Shown: one piece after another, positions 63,949 through 64,000 of the stretch
Layout of the letters: the number at the start of each line of letters is the position of its first letter
Position numbering within the stretch: position 1 is the stretch's first letter
NCBI GenBank assembly: GCA_951406725.2
Contig: OX597816.1
Coordinates: 158,596,001 to 158,660,000 of the forward strand
Reading direction: 5' to 3'
From: Octopus vulgaris
Lineage: Eukaryota
Length of the DNA stretch: 64,000 nucleotides
The notes under the pieces: model-generated
The model's input: the letters and a program-made list of their open reading frames with translations, nothing else
Database searches by the model: none
What the model was told of the DNA's origin: nothing
Translations under genes and position numbers: made by a program

Positions 63949-64000
<52 letters not shown>
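63786..64000 (+). mobile_element. SINE family A (runs off the window end)
   Basis: ggcgcaggagtggctgtgtggtaggtagcttgc...; matches the 32399 copy. Confidence 0.92.

Overview
Eukaryotic, AT-rich, repeat-dense genomic DNA. I find no prokaryotic-type genes, rRNA, genuine tRNA genes or CRISPR arrays. The repeat repertoire (several tRNA-headed SINE families, RTE/CR1/Tx1 LINE 3' ends, Penelope-like relics, Helitron/Helentron, piggyBac- and Tigger-like MITEs, abundant CA/TA/GAT/ATT microsatellites) looks like an octopus/coleoid cephalopod genome; this is pattern recognition, not a database result. Almost all ORFs in the supplied track are spurious (microsatellite or SINE read-through), except degraded transposon fragments. 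The best host-gene signal is a large minus-strand gene, so most of the window is probably intron. It has two short ATG-initiated phase-0 exons with strong donors (59744-59700 MITDHGWAFTSINML; 24192-24088 MNGNN...APFK), each in a transposon-poor island, and a 19-nt microexon (807-789, KYSLET) that stays open after either. The gene cannot be named. Other notable structure: three degenerate minimal hammerhead-ribozyme motifs (one just 3' of a Penelope GIY-YIG relic), several long fold-back hairpins, a SINE dimer junction repeated at two loci, and a Helitron whose empty site can be rebuilt. Coordinates were read by eye and element boundaries are approximate.
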